DNA of 64,000 nucleotides from Alphaproteobacteria bacterium (GCA_965225945.1 CBDDBZ010000032.1:32001-96000), one strand, 5' to 3'. Positions 37,499-47,684 are shown, numbered from the stretch's first letter. Numbers and translations: made by a program. Notes: generated by a model not told the origin, from the letters alone.

Positions 37499-38728
37499 CT
37501 AGATCGCGCCCTCGGAGCGGAGCGCCGAGACATCGTCCTCGCTCATGCCCAACCATTCGTCGAGCACGCTCTCGGCGTGCTGGCCCAGCAGCGGCGCCGG
37601 CGCCAGCGGCACCTCGGAATTGGACATCTTCACCGGCCAGGCGGGCATCTTGAAAGAGCCCCGGGTCGGATGCTCGATGGTCTGGAAGATACCGCGCCGT
37701 TCCAGGTTCTCGTCGCCGTGGAGTTCGGCGGTATCGAACACCGCGCCCGCGGGGATGCCTGCCGCGCCCAGGATCTCCATCGCCTCGCGCTTGCTCCGCC
37801 GACGCGTCCACTCGCTCAGCATGGCGTCGATCTCGGCCTCGCGCTCCAGCCGCTTCGCCGGCGTCGCGTAGCGCTCGTCGGCCACCAGCTCGTCCCGCCC
37901 CAGGACCTTGCAGAGCCGTTCCCAATGATGGCTTCCGGCCCGCGTCGTATAGATGTAGACGTAGTCGTTCGGCCCGCCCGGAGCGCAAGGGAAGATGCCG
38001 CTCGGCGCGTTGCCGCCGGTGATCACCTTGGCGCCGGTGCGGGGCGCCGGCTTGCCGGTCTGGGCCTGCACCGCATAGGCGATCCGGGTGTATTGCAGCA
38101 TCGCGTCCTGCATCGCGATCTGAATGCGCTGCCCCTCGCCGGTGGACTTGCGCTGATAGAGCGCGCCCAGAATGGAGATCGCGGCGAGCATGCCGGTTCC
38201 GGTATCGCCGATCGTGGCGCCGGGCTTCATCGGCGGCCCGTCCGCCTCGCCGGTGATCGAGAGCACGCCACCCACCGACTGGCCGATCATGTCGAAGCTG
38301 AGGAAGTTCTCGAACGGGCTGCCCTCGGCGAAGCCCTTGACCTGGGCATAGACGATTGCGGGATTGATCGCCTTCACCACGTCATGGCCCAGCCCCAGGC
38401 GTTCGATCACGCCGGGGCCGAAATTCTCGATGAAGACGTCGGCCTCGGCCACCAGCTGCTTCACCAGCTCGAGGCCGCGCTCGCTCTTCAGGTTGGCGGT
38501 AATGCTCTTCTTGTTGGCGTTGAAGAGCAGGAAATAATAGGAGTCGATCCCCTGATTCTCGGAGGAGGCGAAACGACCCTGATCGCCGCCCTTGGGGTTC
38601 TCCACCTTGACGACCTCGGCACCGAGCCAAGCCAGCGCCTCCGTGCAGGAGGGCCCGGCCTCGAACTGCGTCAGGTCCAGGACCCGGACGCCGGAAAGGG
38701 CGCGCTCGGCACCGTTCGTCGCGTTCAT
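37499..38728 (-). CDS. frc: family III CoA-transferase, formyl-CoA transferase-like
   Basis: VLDLTQFEAGPSCTEALAWLGAEVVKVE, NANKKS, ENFGPG and GATIGDTGTG. Confidence 0.8.
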   Translation of the reverse strand: MNATNGAERALSGVRVLDLTQFEAGPSCTEALAWLGAEVVKVENPKGGDQGRFASSENQGIDSYYFLLFNANKKSITANLKSERGLELVKQLVAEADVFIENFGPGVIERLGLGHDVVKAINPAIVYAQVKGFAEGSPFENFLSFDMIGQSVGGVLSITGEADGPPMKPGATIGDTGTGMLAAISILGALYQRKSTGEGQRIQIAMQDAMLQYTRIAYAVQAQTGKPAPRTGAKVITGGNAPSGIFPCAPGGPNDYVYIYTTRAGSHHWERLCKVLGRDELVADERYATPAKRLEREAEIDAMLSEWTRRRSKREAMEILGAAGIPAGAVFDTAELHGDENLERRGIFQTIEHPTRGSFKMPAWPVKMSNSEVPLAPAPLLGQHAESVLDEWLGMSEDDVSALRSEGAI

Positions 38729-38834
38729 GTCGTCATTCCCCTAGGTCCGCGCGGAAAATTGGCGCTCCCGCGCCGCGCGCATCTCGGCGATCATATCGGA
38801 ATCCCGCCGCCAAATTCTAGCCGGCGTCAGAAAT

Positions 38835-39752
38835 TCAGTCGCCGAGGCGGGTGCCCGGCGTCAATCCGGCGGATTCGGCGAATTCCATCGCCGAAATCTT
38901 AGCCCCGCCGCCGTGCCGTACCCGTTTCACCAGGATGCCGCCGCGCCCGGCGACGACGGTGAAGCCTGCCTCGCTCACCGAACAGATCTCGCCCACCCGG
39001 CCCGAGGCCTCGGCGCGGGCGGCATCGAATATCTGCAGCCGCTCGCCCTCATGGGTGGTCCAGGCGCCGGGTTGCGGATTGGCGCCCCGGATCAGGTTGT
39101 AGACCTCGGCCACGGAACGGCCCCAGTCGATCTCGACGTTCTCGGGCCGACACCAGCTCTCGTAGGTGGCGCGGGAATGGTCCTGAACGATGCGGGGCGC
39201 GGTCCCGGCGCGAATCAGGTCGATCGCCTCCATCACCGCTTGGACGCCGAGTGGGAAGATCTTCTCGAAATAGACCGTGCCGAGGGTGTCGTCGGGGCCG
39301 ATCTCGACCTCCTTGCGGAGCAGGATCTCGCCTTCGTCGAGGCCGTCGTCCGGCCAGAAGATGGTCAGGCCGGTCTGCTCGGCGCCCCAGATGATCGGCC
39401 AGTTGATCGAGCTCGGGCCTCGGTGCAGCGGCAGCAACGAGGGATGGAAGCATATCGAGCCGTGGGTCGGGATCTCGCGCGCCGCCTCCGGCACGAAGAC
39501 GGTGGTGAAGGCCAGCACCATCAGATCCGGCTCCGAGGCCCGGAGCTGGCCGAGCACCTTCTCGTCGCGGTAGCTCTCGGGCTGGGCGAGGGGCAGGCCA
39601 TGGGCCAACGCCGCCTCCTTGACCGGATCGAGCCTGCCGCCCTTGCCGTCGGGCGCGGTATGGACCGCGACGACGTCGTCCTGGCCCTGTTCCAGGATCG
39701 CCTCCAGGCAGGCTTTGCCGAAGGCTTGTTGACCGTTCAAGATCAGACGCAT
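38835..39752 (-). CDS. Fmt-like formyltransferase (10-formyl-THF binding)
   Basis: FHPSLLPLHRGPSSINW and GLDEG; N-terminal GQQAFG resembles the formyl-THF hydrolase domain. Confidence 0.82.
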   Translation of the reverse strand: MRLILNGQQAFGKACLEAILEQGQDDVVAVHTAPDGKGGRLDPVKEAALAHGLPLAQPESYRDEKVLGQLRASEPDLMVLAFTTVFVPEAAREIPTHGSICFHPSLLPLHRGPSSINWPIIWGAEQTGLTIFWPDDGLDEGEILLRKEVEIGPDDTLGTVYFEKIFPLGVQAVMEAIDLIRAGTAPRIVQDHSRATYESWCRPENVEIDWGRSVAEVYNLIRGANPQPGAWTTHEGERLQIFDAARAEASGRVGEICSVSEAGFTVVAGRGGILVKRVRHGGGAKISAMEFAESAGLTPGTRLGD

Positions 39753-39777
39753 CACCTCTCCTCCCATGCTTCGGCGC

Positions 39778-40689
39778 TCAGACCGAGCGATACTCGCCCT
39801 CCGAGCGAGGCTTGCCGTCCGTCGCCGCCCGCCCGGTCTCCACCATGTGGATCAAGTGCGAGAGGACGGAGCGTTCCGCCGCCTTGTGCAGATACTCGGG
39901 CACGTCGGTGTACATCCGGGCCACCATGTCCGGGATTCGCCCGTTTCCGTCGGCCAGGCAGGCGAGGATCTGCACTTCCCGCCTCTCCCGGTGGGCGATC
40001 AGGCCCCGGACGTGGTCGAGCGGGCGCTGAATTGCCGGCCCGTGCGTCGGCCAGTAGATCCGCTCCTCCCGCCGGGTGAGCTTGCGGAGGCTTTCCACGT
40101 AGTGCCTCATGTCGCCGTCGGGCGGCGAGACGATGGTGGTCGACCAGCCCATGACGTGATCGCCGGGAAACAGCGTCTCCTCCTCCCTGAGCGTGAAGCA
40201 GAGATGGTTCGAGGTATGGCCCGGGGTATAGACCGCCTCCAGGGTCCAGCCGTCGCCCGAGACGACGTCGCCGTCGGTCAGGCGGACGTCGGGATCGAAA
40301 GCCATGTCGCCGCCCTCCTCGACGTCCTCGTGTCCACCCTCGGCGTCGGGCCGGCCGGAGCCGTGCGGGCCGAAGCCGTAGGTCTTGGCGCCCGTCGCGG
40401 CCTTGAGTGCTGCGGCCGCCGGTGAATGGTCGCGGTGGGTGTGGGTGATGACCAGGTGGCTCACCGTCTCGCCGTCGAGTGCCGCGAGCAGCGCCTCGAC
40501 GTGCGCGGAATCGTCCGGTCCCGGATCGATCACCGCGACATCTCGCCCGGCGCCGACGATGTAAGTGCCGGTGCCGTGGAGGGTGAAGGCGCTCGAGTTC
40601 CGGGCCACGACGCGGCGGATCAGCGGCGTCACCCGGGCGGGCTCGCCGTATTCGAACTCCAGCTCCCGGTCGAAGGTCAACTCGGCCAT
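39778..40689 (-). CDS. MBL-fold metallo-hydrolase (LACTB2-like)
   Basis: THTHRDH, TPGHTSNH, GDHVMG and PTHG. Confidence 0.9.
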   Translation of the reverse strand: MAELTFDRELEFEYGEPARVTPLIRRVVARNSSAFTLHGTGTYIVGAGRDVAVIDPGPDDSAHVEALLAALDGETVSHLVITHTHRDHSPAAAALKAATGAKTYGFGPHGSGRPDAEGGHEDVEEGGDMAFDPDVRLTDGDVVSGDGWTLEAVYTPGHTSNHLCFTLREEETLFPGDHVMGWSTTIVSPPDGDMRHYVESLRKLTRREERIYWPTHGPAIQRPLDHVRGLIAHRERREVQILACLADGNGRIPDMVARMYTDVPEYLHKAAERSVLSHLIHMVETGRAATDGKPRSEGEYRSV

Positions 40690-40695
40690 GCGCCG

Positions 40696-41793
40696 CTACT
40701 CCTCGGCTTTGGCGCGGTAGTCGCGCAAGACGTTCGGGTCCGGATCGGCGCCCAGGCCCGGGCCGTCCGGCACCCGGAACTCAGCCCCCGACGGGAGATT
40801 TAGATCGCCGAAAGGATAGGCCTCCAGGTCGAGATAGATGTGCTCGATCAGGAAGGCGTTGGGGTCCACCGCCAGGAGATGCAGCGTGGCCAGGAAGCCC
40901 GGCCCGAAATAGGGCGAATGCGGCACGCAACTGACGCCCGCCGCCTCGGCCAGCACCGCCACCTTGCGATATTCGGTGATTCCGCCGACCTTGGTGACGC
41001 TCGGCTGGGCGTAAGCGACCGCGCCGAAATCGAACATTTTTTGGAACTCCCATGCCGTGCAGGCGTTCTCGCCGGCGGCGATTGGAATCCCCGACTCGCG
41101 CTGCAATTCGGCCAGCGCATCGAAATCCTCCGGCGGGAAAATCGGCTCCTCCAGCCAATAGAGGTCGAATTCGGCGAGCCGCGCCGCCGCCTCGCGCGCC
41201 TCGCGGGGCGACCAGGGGCAGTTGGTGTCGAGCATGATGGCGACGTCGGGGCCGACGGCCTCGCGCGCCGCCGCCACTTCCCTGGCCTCGGTCTCGTGCA
41301 GCTTGATGTGGCGATAGCCGCGGCCGAGCGCGTGGGCGCAGCGCTCCGCCACCACCTCGGGGTCCTGGTACTTGAAGAGGCTCGCGTAGGCCGGCATGGT
41401 CTCGCGCCCTCGCCCACCCAGAAGCTCGTGCACCGGCTTGCCGGCGGCCTTGCCGGCGATGTCCCAAAGCGCGATGTCGACGCCGCCGATCGCGAACATG
41501 GTGACGCCGTAGCGACCCCAGAGATGGTTCGCCTTCTGCAAGCGCCGCGAGATCCCGGCGATGTCGCGGGCATCCTGGCCGATCAGGGCCGGCGCCACCA
41601 TGTGGTCGAGCGCGGCCTTTGTGGCGTGCGCCGCGCCATAGCCGAAGGCGTCGCCCCAGCCGGAGATCCCGGCATCGGTATCGATCCGCATGAAGACGTA
41701 GTCGAGCGTCCGCCAGTCCCGCCAGTCCTTCGTTGCCCCGGAGGAGGTGAAGGGTATCTCGATCAGCACGCTTTCGACGTTTTCGATTCTCAT
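40696..41793 (-). CDS. mandelate racemase / muconate lactonizing enzyme family
   Basis: DIALWDIAGK, MLDTN, WLEEP, AAGEN and QPSVTKVGG. Confidence 0.9.
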   Translation of the reverse strand: MRIENVESVLIEIPFTSSGATKDWRDWRTLDYVFMRIDTDAGISGWGDAFGYGAAHATKAALDHMVAPALIGQDARDIAGISRRLQKANHLWGRYGVTMFAIGGVDIALWDIAGKAAGKPVHELLGGRGRETMPAYASLFKYQDPEVVAERCAHALGRGYRHIKLHETEAREVAAAREAVGPDVAIMLDTNCPWSPREAREAAARLAEFDLYWLEEPIFPPEDFDALAELQRESGIPIAAGENACTAWEFQKMFDFGAVAYAQPSVTKVGGITEYRKVAVLAEAAGVSCVPHSPYFGPGFLATLHLLAVDPNAFLIEHIYLDLEAYPFGDLNLPSGAEFRVPDGPGLGADPDPNVLRDYRAKAEE

Positions 41794-41925
41794 GGGCGAA
41801 GCCTCAGGTCGCGATGCGGTAGCGGGCGAACGGCCTCCCTGGTTGGCGCCGCATAAAAGCAGAAGCGGCGGGCCGGGGCAAAGCCGGGGGGAAGGGCCGG
41901 CATCGGGGACTTTCAATCCAGGGTC

Positions 41926-42630
41926 TCAGAGGCACCGATCGTGCGGCCGGTCGAACAGCGGAAACAACAACCAGCCACCGACGAAGCCGGCGATGTGCAC
42001 CTCCCAGGCGATCGCGTGCACGCCGCCATCGGGGCTGAGGCCGGTCACGCCGATGAACAGATTGACGCCGATGAAGACCGTCGCCGCCATTACCACCGGG
42101 CGCCGATCGCGCGCGCGGGGAAGGTCGCCAACGCGTTGCGGCGGCCCGGCGGCCATCATGCGAAGGATCGCGCCGAAAAGGCCGGCAATGGCACCCGACG
42201 CCCCCACCACCAACACCGGCGCCGTCGTCACGAGATAGACGATGAAGGTGCCCAGCAGGCCGATCAGTCCCGTCACCAAATAGAACGACAGCATGCGGGC
42301 GCCGCCGATGCGGCGCTCGAGGCCGGTGGCGAAGGCGAGCACGAAACCCATGTTGACCAACAGGTGCAAGGCGTTGGCGTGGAGAAAGGCGTAACCGATG
42401 AGGGAGAGCCAGGGTAGCGGGTCCAGCGGCAAGGCCAGCGTGCCGTCGGCTAAGAGGAAATGGACCGGCGAAAAGCCTCCGTGGTAGAGGATCGCCCGGT
42501 CCCAAGCCTCCGGCAGCGCCAAACGGAGGAGATGCACGGCGAGGCAGACGGCGATGATCCCGCCCGCCACCGGCATGATATTGAAGGCGGGTGGCGAGGG
42601 CTCGTCGCCTCGGGCAGGCACGAAACGCAT
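41926..42630 (-). CDS. rhomboid-family intramembrane serine protease
   Basis: FLHA..LHL..NM, GASG and WEVH..GF..G. Confidence 0.88.
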   Translation of the reverse strand: MRFVPARGDEPSPPAFNIMPVAGGIIAVCLAVHLLRLALPEAWDRAILYHGGFSPVHFLLADGTLALPLDPLPWLSLIGYAFLHANALHLLVNMGFVLAFATGLERRIGGARMLSFYLVTGLIGLLGTFIVYLVTTAPVLVVGASGAIAGLFGAILRMMAAGPPQRVGDLPRARDRRPVVMAATVFIGVNLFIGVTGLSPDGGVHAIAWEVHIAGFVGGWLLFPLFDRPHDRCL

Positions 42631-42660
42631 TTCGATCCTCGGCTGATCGGCAACGACGGC

Positions 42661-42932
42661 GCTAGTGGATGAAATCCAACATATGGTACCCCTACGACGG
42701 TTTCGCGAGCTCGTCCGGAAAGGCGCCCGGTGCGCCGTGATGCGGGCGTATCACAAGCGCCGGGCAACGCGTCCGGCGGGCTCGGGAAGCCGCCCTTCGG
42801 GTCCCATATCCTGGCTTCTCGGGGCGTCGGGCACCCTTGGCGATGTGCCGGCATCGCCGGCGGGCGCCCTCCTGCCGAGAAACCAGGATATGGGATCGTA
42901 GGGGTACCATATGCTGGATTTCATCCACCAGC
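42661..42932. repeat. 272-bp MITE-like or structured element with 37-bp terminal IRs and nested hairpins
   Basis: 42661-42697 pairs with 42896-42932 (2 mismatches); inner 42802-42822 pairs with 42875-42895 (1 mismatch). Confidence 0.8.
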
Positions 42933-42958
42933 ATAGGCCGAGTGGTCGAGGGAACAAG

Positions 42959-43712
42959 CTTGCCTATCCGGTTATCACCCACACCCACTATATGTAGTGT
43001 GCACCCATTTTCCTGAGTAAAGCTCGGTGCAGGTCGAAGCGGAGATATCTCCGGCGATGCCGAGCAGGGACTCGGACGGCATTGTAGCGCCTTTTAGGCG
43101 ACACTTTAGCGTGGTGGAAATCCTAATCATTGAGTCGGATTTGGCAAAATGCCACGTTGCATAAAGGACCGTCACTTCATTGAAATTTATCTGAAATCGG
43201 AGGTGAACGACACCGATGGAATATTCCAGGAAATCAGAGCTTCATTGAATTGTAGGATTCGAGTGCCGGATTATTCACAAATAGCTCTGTGAACTGGTTT
43301 TCAAGTTCGCTCAATACGTCATATGAAGTAAACGGATTGAGGATCACGTTCTTGCGTGTCGCTTCGTCTTCGCTGCGACTCAAAACGCGCAGGAGACTAA
43401 CAGGCGCGGACGGGTTCTTCGCAACGATTCGTGCCAGCGCGTCGCTTTCTTCGACTAGTGCCGTCAATCGCTCAGACGATGTCGTTTCATCAGCAGCTTC
43501 CCGTCTGGCCGTGGGTTTCTTCGTTTTTCCCTTGGTCGCCACCGTTCCGTCCCCCGATGTTAAGTACGTGACGTGAATTAAACTCCGGTTCGGTTTTCAG
43601 AACAATCAAGAATTAGCCGGATCGCCTCCTCAATGCGCCTGCGCGGCCCTTGCCTGCAGTCCAAGGAGACACACTACATATAGTGGGTGTGGGTGATAAC
43701 CGGATAGGCAAG
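42959..43712 (-). mobile_element. non-autonomous IS1595-derived cassette, copy 2 (754 bp), 8-bp TSD
   Basis: 43-bp TIRs; ggaacaag at 42951-42958 and 43713-43720; I see 2 substitutions and a 1-bp indel versus copy 1. Confidence 0.95.
43234..43542 (-). CDS. passenger LRV/HEAT-like protein, copy 2
   Basis: identical translation to 28352-28660. Confidence 0.6.
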   Translation of the reverse strand: MATKGKTKKPTARREAADETTSSERLTALVEESDALARIVAKNPSAPVSLLRVLSRSEDEATRKNVILNPFTSYDVLSELENQFTELFVNNPALESYNSMKL

Positions 43713-44107
43713 GGAACAAGGAGGCCGGATGCGATTATTCCATTGCGCGGCGCGCGCTCTGGGCTTTGCCGCGGTTGTCACGGGCGCCATCTTCGGCCGC
43801 CCCGGCACCCGCCGGAGGGGCGCGCCCGCCGCGCGCCATGATCGATGCCACCGAGTACCCTTGGCGTGCCTTCGGCCGGGTCAACCGGCAGGGACGGGGG
43901 TTCTGCACCGGCGTCTTGATCGCGCCCGAGGTCGTGCTGACGGCCGCCCATTGTCTCTATGACACCAAGCGGCGTGCTTGGGTGGAGCCGCGTTTCATGC
44001 ATTTCGTCGCCGCCTATCAGAAGGGCCGCTTTCTCTTCGACTCCAAGGTCGCCCGCTTCGAGATCGGCAAGGGCTACGAGCCCGGGGGCGAGCGGCGAAG
44101 TTCGATC

Positions 44108-45983
44108 CTTGCCTATCCGGCAGTACACGACTCGTTCATGTTGGCTTTGGCCTGGGCACCTGGACTGGTGGTTTTCCGGGGACGAGGAAACGAATCAGCT
44201 CAATGGCTTGACGCCTGTCGATAGGATTGACGAGCTGTCGCCTTATCCACTCGAAACCGTATCGGAAGATGGATTTTGCCATCCTTTTGTGGGTTTTGAG
44301 GCGGATCGGCTCGGCCTCGTGGAGCCAATCGCCGACTTTGTGCGCCCAGCAGAAGGTGATGGAAAGGACGGCGGTGAGCTTGGAGATGCGCTCCGGGTCG
44401 GTCATGTGGGTGTCTTCGAGGTTGAAGCCGCGGGTTTTCAAGGCGGCGAAGAGGGTCTCGATTTGCCAGCGCTGGGCGTAGATGGCCAAGGCCTCCTCGG
44501 GCGCGTCGTTGGTCAACGACGATCAACAGTTCGCCGGCTTGAGATGGAGCGCGCGACGAAGACGGGCCTGGCCTTGGGTTTTCTTCCGAGAGGCGCCTGG
44601 CGTTGGAGAGGATGCGGCTTTCCCCGGGTTTGAGGTCGCGAAACAGCTCCCTCGCCTTGACCATGGACCACGCGTGTTGGCGATCTTGATGTTGGATCGG
44701 ATGCGGATGTGAAAGGGGATGGCCTTTTCCTGCAACCATGCCAGCCAGGCGTCGCCGATGAATTCCCGGTCGGCCAGGAGGCTGGCGATCTTGTCGACCC
44801 CGAAGAGCCGGAGGACGTGTTCGAGGATCGCGATCCGCTCCTTGGTATTGGAATTGCCCGCCTTGTCGAGCACCCGCCAGCACACGGGAGCGATGGCGCG
44901 GTTGACGATGCCGATCATCAAGATGTTGACGTCGCGGCGACCCGCGCCAGTTGGTCCGGTCCATGGTCAGCCGCCACGGCCCCGCCTGGAGCCCCATCAT
45001 CGCAACCAGGAACTCGGCGAGGCGATCGTAATCGAAATCGACTTGCTCGAAAAACCGTTGCACCGATAGTTGGAGCTGGATCGCGCGCGCCCCGTGGCAG
45101 GCCAAGTGAGAGAGGTTCACCGTCGAAGACCAAGACGCAAAGGCTCTCAACGGCTCTTGCGAAAGGCGAAGCCGCATCGTAGGTCTCACGCAGGGCGTTG
45201 ATCGGGTTGTTCATGATTTCCCTCTTGACTCGTCGTGGAGTGAATCGGGTCAACTTACGTAAATGCCGTCGTGTACCATGCCCACACCCACTATATGTAG
45301 TGTGCACCCATTTTCCTGAGTAAAGTCGGTGCAGGTCGAAGCGGAGATACGATGCCGAGCGACTCCCATTGTAGCGCCTTTTAGGCGACACTTTAGCGTG
45401 GTGGAAATCCTAATCATTGAGTCGGATTTGGCAAAATGCCACGTTGCATAAAGGACCGTCACTTCATTGAAATTTATCTGAAATCGGAGGTGAACGACAC
45501 CGATGGAATATTCCAGGAAATCAGAGCTTCATTGAATTGTAGGATTCGAGTGCCGGATTATTCACAAATAGCTCTGTGCTGGTTTTCGCGCTCAATACGT
45601 CATATGAAGCGGATTGAGGATCACGTTCTTGCGTGTCGCCGTCTTCGCTGCGACTCAAAACGCGCAGGAGACTAACAGGCGCGGACGGGCTTCGCAACGA
45701 TTCGTGCCAGCGCGTCGCTTTCTTCGACTAGTGCCGTCAATCGCTCAGACGGTCGTTTCATCAGCGCTTCCCGTCTGGCCGTGGGTTTCTTCGTTTTTCC
45801 CTTGGTCGCCACCGTTCCGTCCCCCGATGTTAAGGGCGTGACGTGAATTAAACTCCGGTTCGGTTTTCAGAACAATCAAGAATTAGCCGGATCGCCTCCT
45901 CAATGCGCCTGCGCCGGCCCTTGCCTGCAGTCCAAGGAGACACACTACATATAGTGGGTGTGGGTGATAACCGGATAGGCAAG
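44108..45983 (-). mobile_element. IS1595-derived cassette copy 3 with IS4 nested in its TIR; deletion-riddled
   Basis: TSD gttcgatc at 44100-44107 and 45984-45991; TIR split as cttgcctatccgg | cccacacccactatatgtag. Confidence 0.9.
44121..45280 (-). pseudogene. IS4-family copy C with many small deletions
   Basis: colinear with 46462-47684 but frameshifted by numerous short deletions. Confidence 0.88.
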
Positions 45984-46461
45984 GTTCGATCGAAAGCGCG
46001 AGCGACTGGGCGATCCTGCATCTGGCGCGCGCGGCGGGTCCCGAGGTCGGCTATCTGGGGGTCGCGCACCTCCGCCCCGGGGACGCGCTGGCGCCGAAGC
46101 CCATCTTCACCCTCGCCGGCTACGGCCGCGACCGGCCCTATGCGCTGTCCGCCCACCGGAACTGCGCGTTGCTGCGTTGGGACGGGGCGGCACCGCTGGT
46201 GCACCACGATTGCCGGGCTGAGCATGGCACCTCGGGCGCGCCGATCATCCGGCGCCTCGGGCGGGACTATGTCGTGGTGGCGCTCCACGTCGGCCGGGGC
46301 GAGCTCGGGAGCCGAGAGATCGGCGCCGCCGTGCCCTCCGGCGTCTTCTTCGAGGCGGCGCTCGGGGCGACCGGTCGGCGCGCGCGGCGATCCCCGGGGC
46401 TGGGCCTCTTCATGGCCGGCAGCCGCGCGAAGTGATGCCAACCGAGGTAATACCAACGGAC

Positions 46462-47684
46462 CACAGTACACGACTCGTTCATGCTGGCTTTGGCCTGGGC
46501 ACCTGGACTGGTGGTTTTCCGGGGACGAGGAAACGAATCAGCTCAATGGCTTGACGCCTGTCGATAGGATTGACGAGCTGTCGCCTTATCCACTCGAAAC
46601 CGTATCGGAAGATGGATTTTGCCATCCTTTTGTGGGTTTTGAGGCGGATCGGCTCGGCCTCGTGGAGCCAATCGCCGACTTTGTGCGCCCAGCAGAAGGT
46701 GATGGAAAGGACGGCGGTGAGCTTGGAGATGCGCTCCGGGTCGGTCATGTGGGTGTCTTCGAGGTTGAAGCCACGGGTTTTCAAGGCGGCGAAGAGGGTC
46801 TCGATTTGCCAGCGCTGGGCGTAGATGGCCAAGGCCTCCTCGGGCGCGTCGTTGGTCACGACGATCAACAGTTCGCCGGTCTTGAGATGGAGCGCGGCGA
46901 CGAAGACGGGCCTGGCCTTGGGTTTTCTGGCCTCCGAGAGGCGCCTGGCGTTGGAGAGGATGCGGCTTTCCCCGGGTTTGAGGTCGCGAAACAGCTCCCT
47001 CGCCTTGACCATGCGACCACGCGTGTTGGCGATCTTGATGTTGGATCGGATGCGGATGTGAAAGGGGATGGCCTTTTCCTGCAACCATGCCAGCCAGGCG
47101 TCGCCGATGAATTCCCGGTCGGCCAGGAGGCTGGCGATCTTGTCGACCCCGAAGAGCCGGAGGACGTGTTCGAGGATCGCGATCCGCTCCTTGGTATTGG
47201 AATTGCCCGCCTTGTCGAGCACCCGCCAGCACACGGGAATGGCGATGGCGCGGTTGACGATGCCGATCATCAAGATGTTGACGTCGCGGCGACCCAGCCG
47301 CCAGTTGGTCCGGTCCATGGTCAGCCGCCACGGCCCCGCCTGGAGCCCCATCATCGCGACCAGGAACTCGGCGAGGCGATCGTAATCGAAATCGACTTGC
47401 TCGAAAAACCGTTGCAGGCGCCGATAGTTGGAGCTGGATCGCGCGCGCCCCGGAAAGTGGCAGGCCAAGTGAGAGAGGTTCACCGTCCGGGCGACGAACA
47501 CGCCGAAGACCAAGACGCAAAGGCTCTCCAGACGGCTCTTGCGAAAGGCGAAGCCGCATCGTAGCGTCTCACGCAGGGCGTTGATCGGGTTGTCTCGCAT
47601 GATTTCCCTCTTGACTCGTCGTGGAGTGAATCGGGAATCCTACAACCTTTTCAACGTCCTACGTAAATGCCGTCGTGTACCATG
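46462..47684 (-). mobile_element. IS4-family element, intact (1223 bp), 9-bp TSD
   Basis: IRs cacagtacacgac and catggtacacgac; ccaacggac at 46453-46461 and 47685-47693. Confidence 0.95.
46479..47600 (-). CDS. IS4-family transposase (DDE_Tnp_1)
   Basis: MDRTNW, LADREF and YAQRWQIETLF..LK (YREK motif). Confidence 0.95.
   Translation of the reverse strand: MRDNPINALRETLRCGFAFRKSRLESLCVLVFGVFVARTVNLSHLACHFPGRARSSSNYRRLQRFFEQVDFDYDRLAEFLVAMMGLQAGPWRLTMDRTNWRLGRRDVNILMIGIVNRAIAIPVCWRVLDKAGNSNTKERIAILEHVLRLFGVDKIASLLADREFIGDAWLAWLQEKAIPFHIRIRSNIKIANTRGRMVKARELFRDLKPGESRILSNARRLSEARKPKARPVFVAALHLKTGELLIVVTNDAPEEALAIYAQRWQIETLFAALKTRGFNLEDTHMTDPERISKLTAVLSITFCWAHKVGDWLHEAEPIRLKTHKRMAKSIFRYGFEWIRRQLVNPIDRRQAIELIRFLVPGKPPVQVPRPKPA

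Larger units (their letters stand above)
43729..46435 (+). pseudogene. trypsin-like (V8-type) serine protease split by cassette copy 3
   Basis: YPWRAFGRV, CTGVLI..VLTAAHC before 44107; SDWAIL and HDC..HGTSGAP after 45991; extra frameshift near 43790-43830. Confidence 0.85.

Noticed and set aside
26710-45983. Recurring 43-bp sequence as a CRISPR repeat
   Set aside because: Copies are inverted pairs about 755 bp apart with 8-bp TSDs, not a direct-repeat and spacer array; no cas genes.
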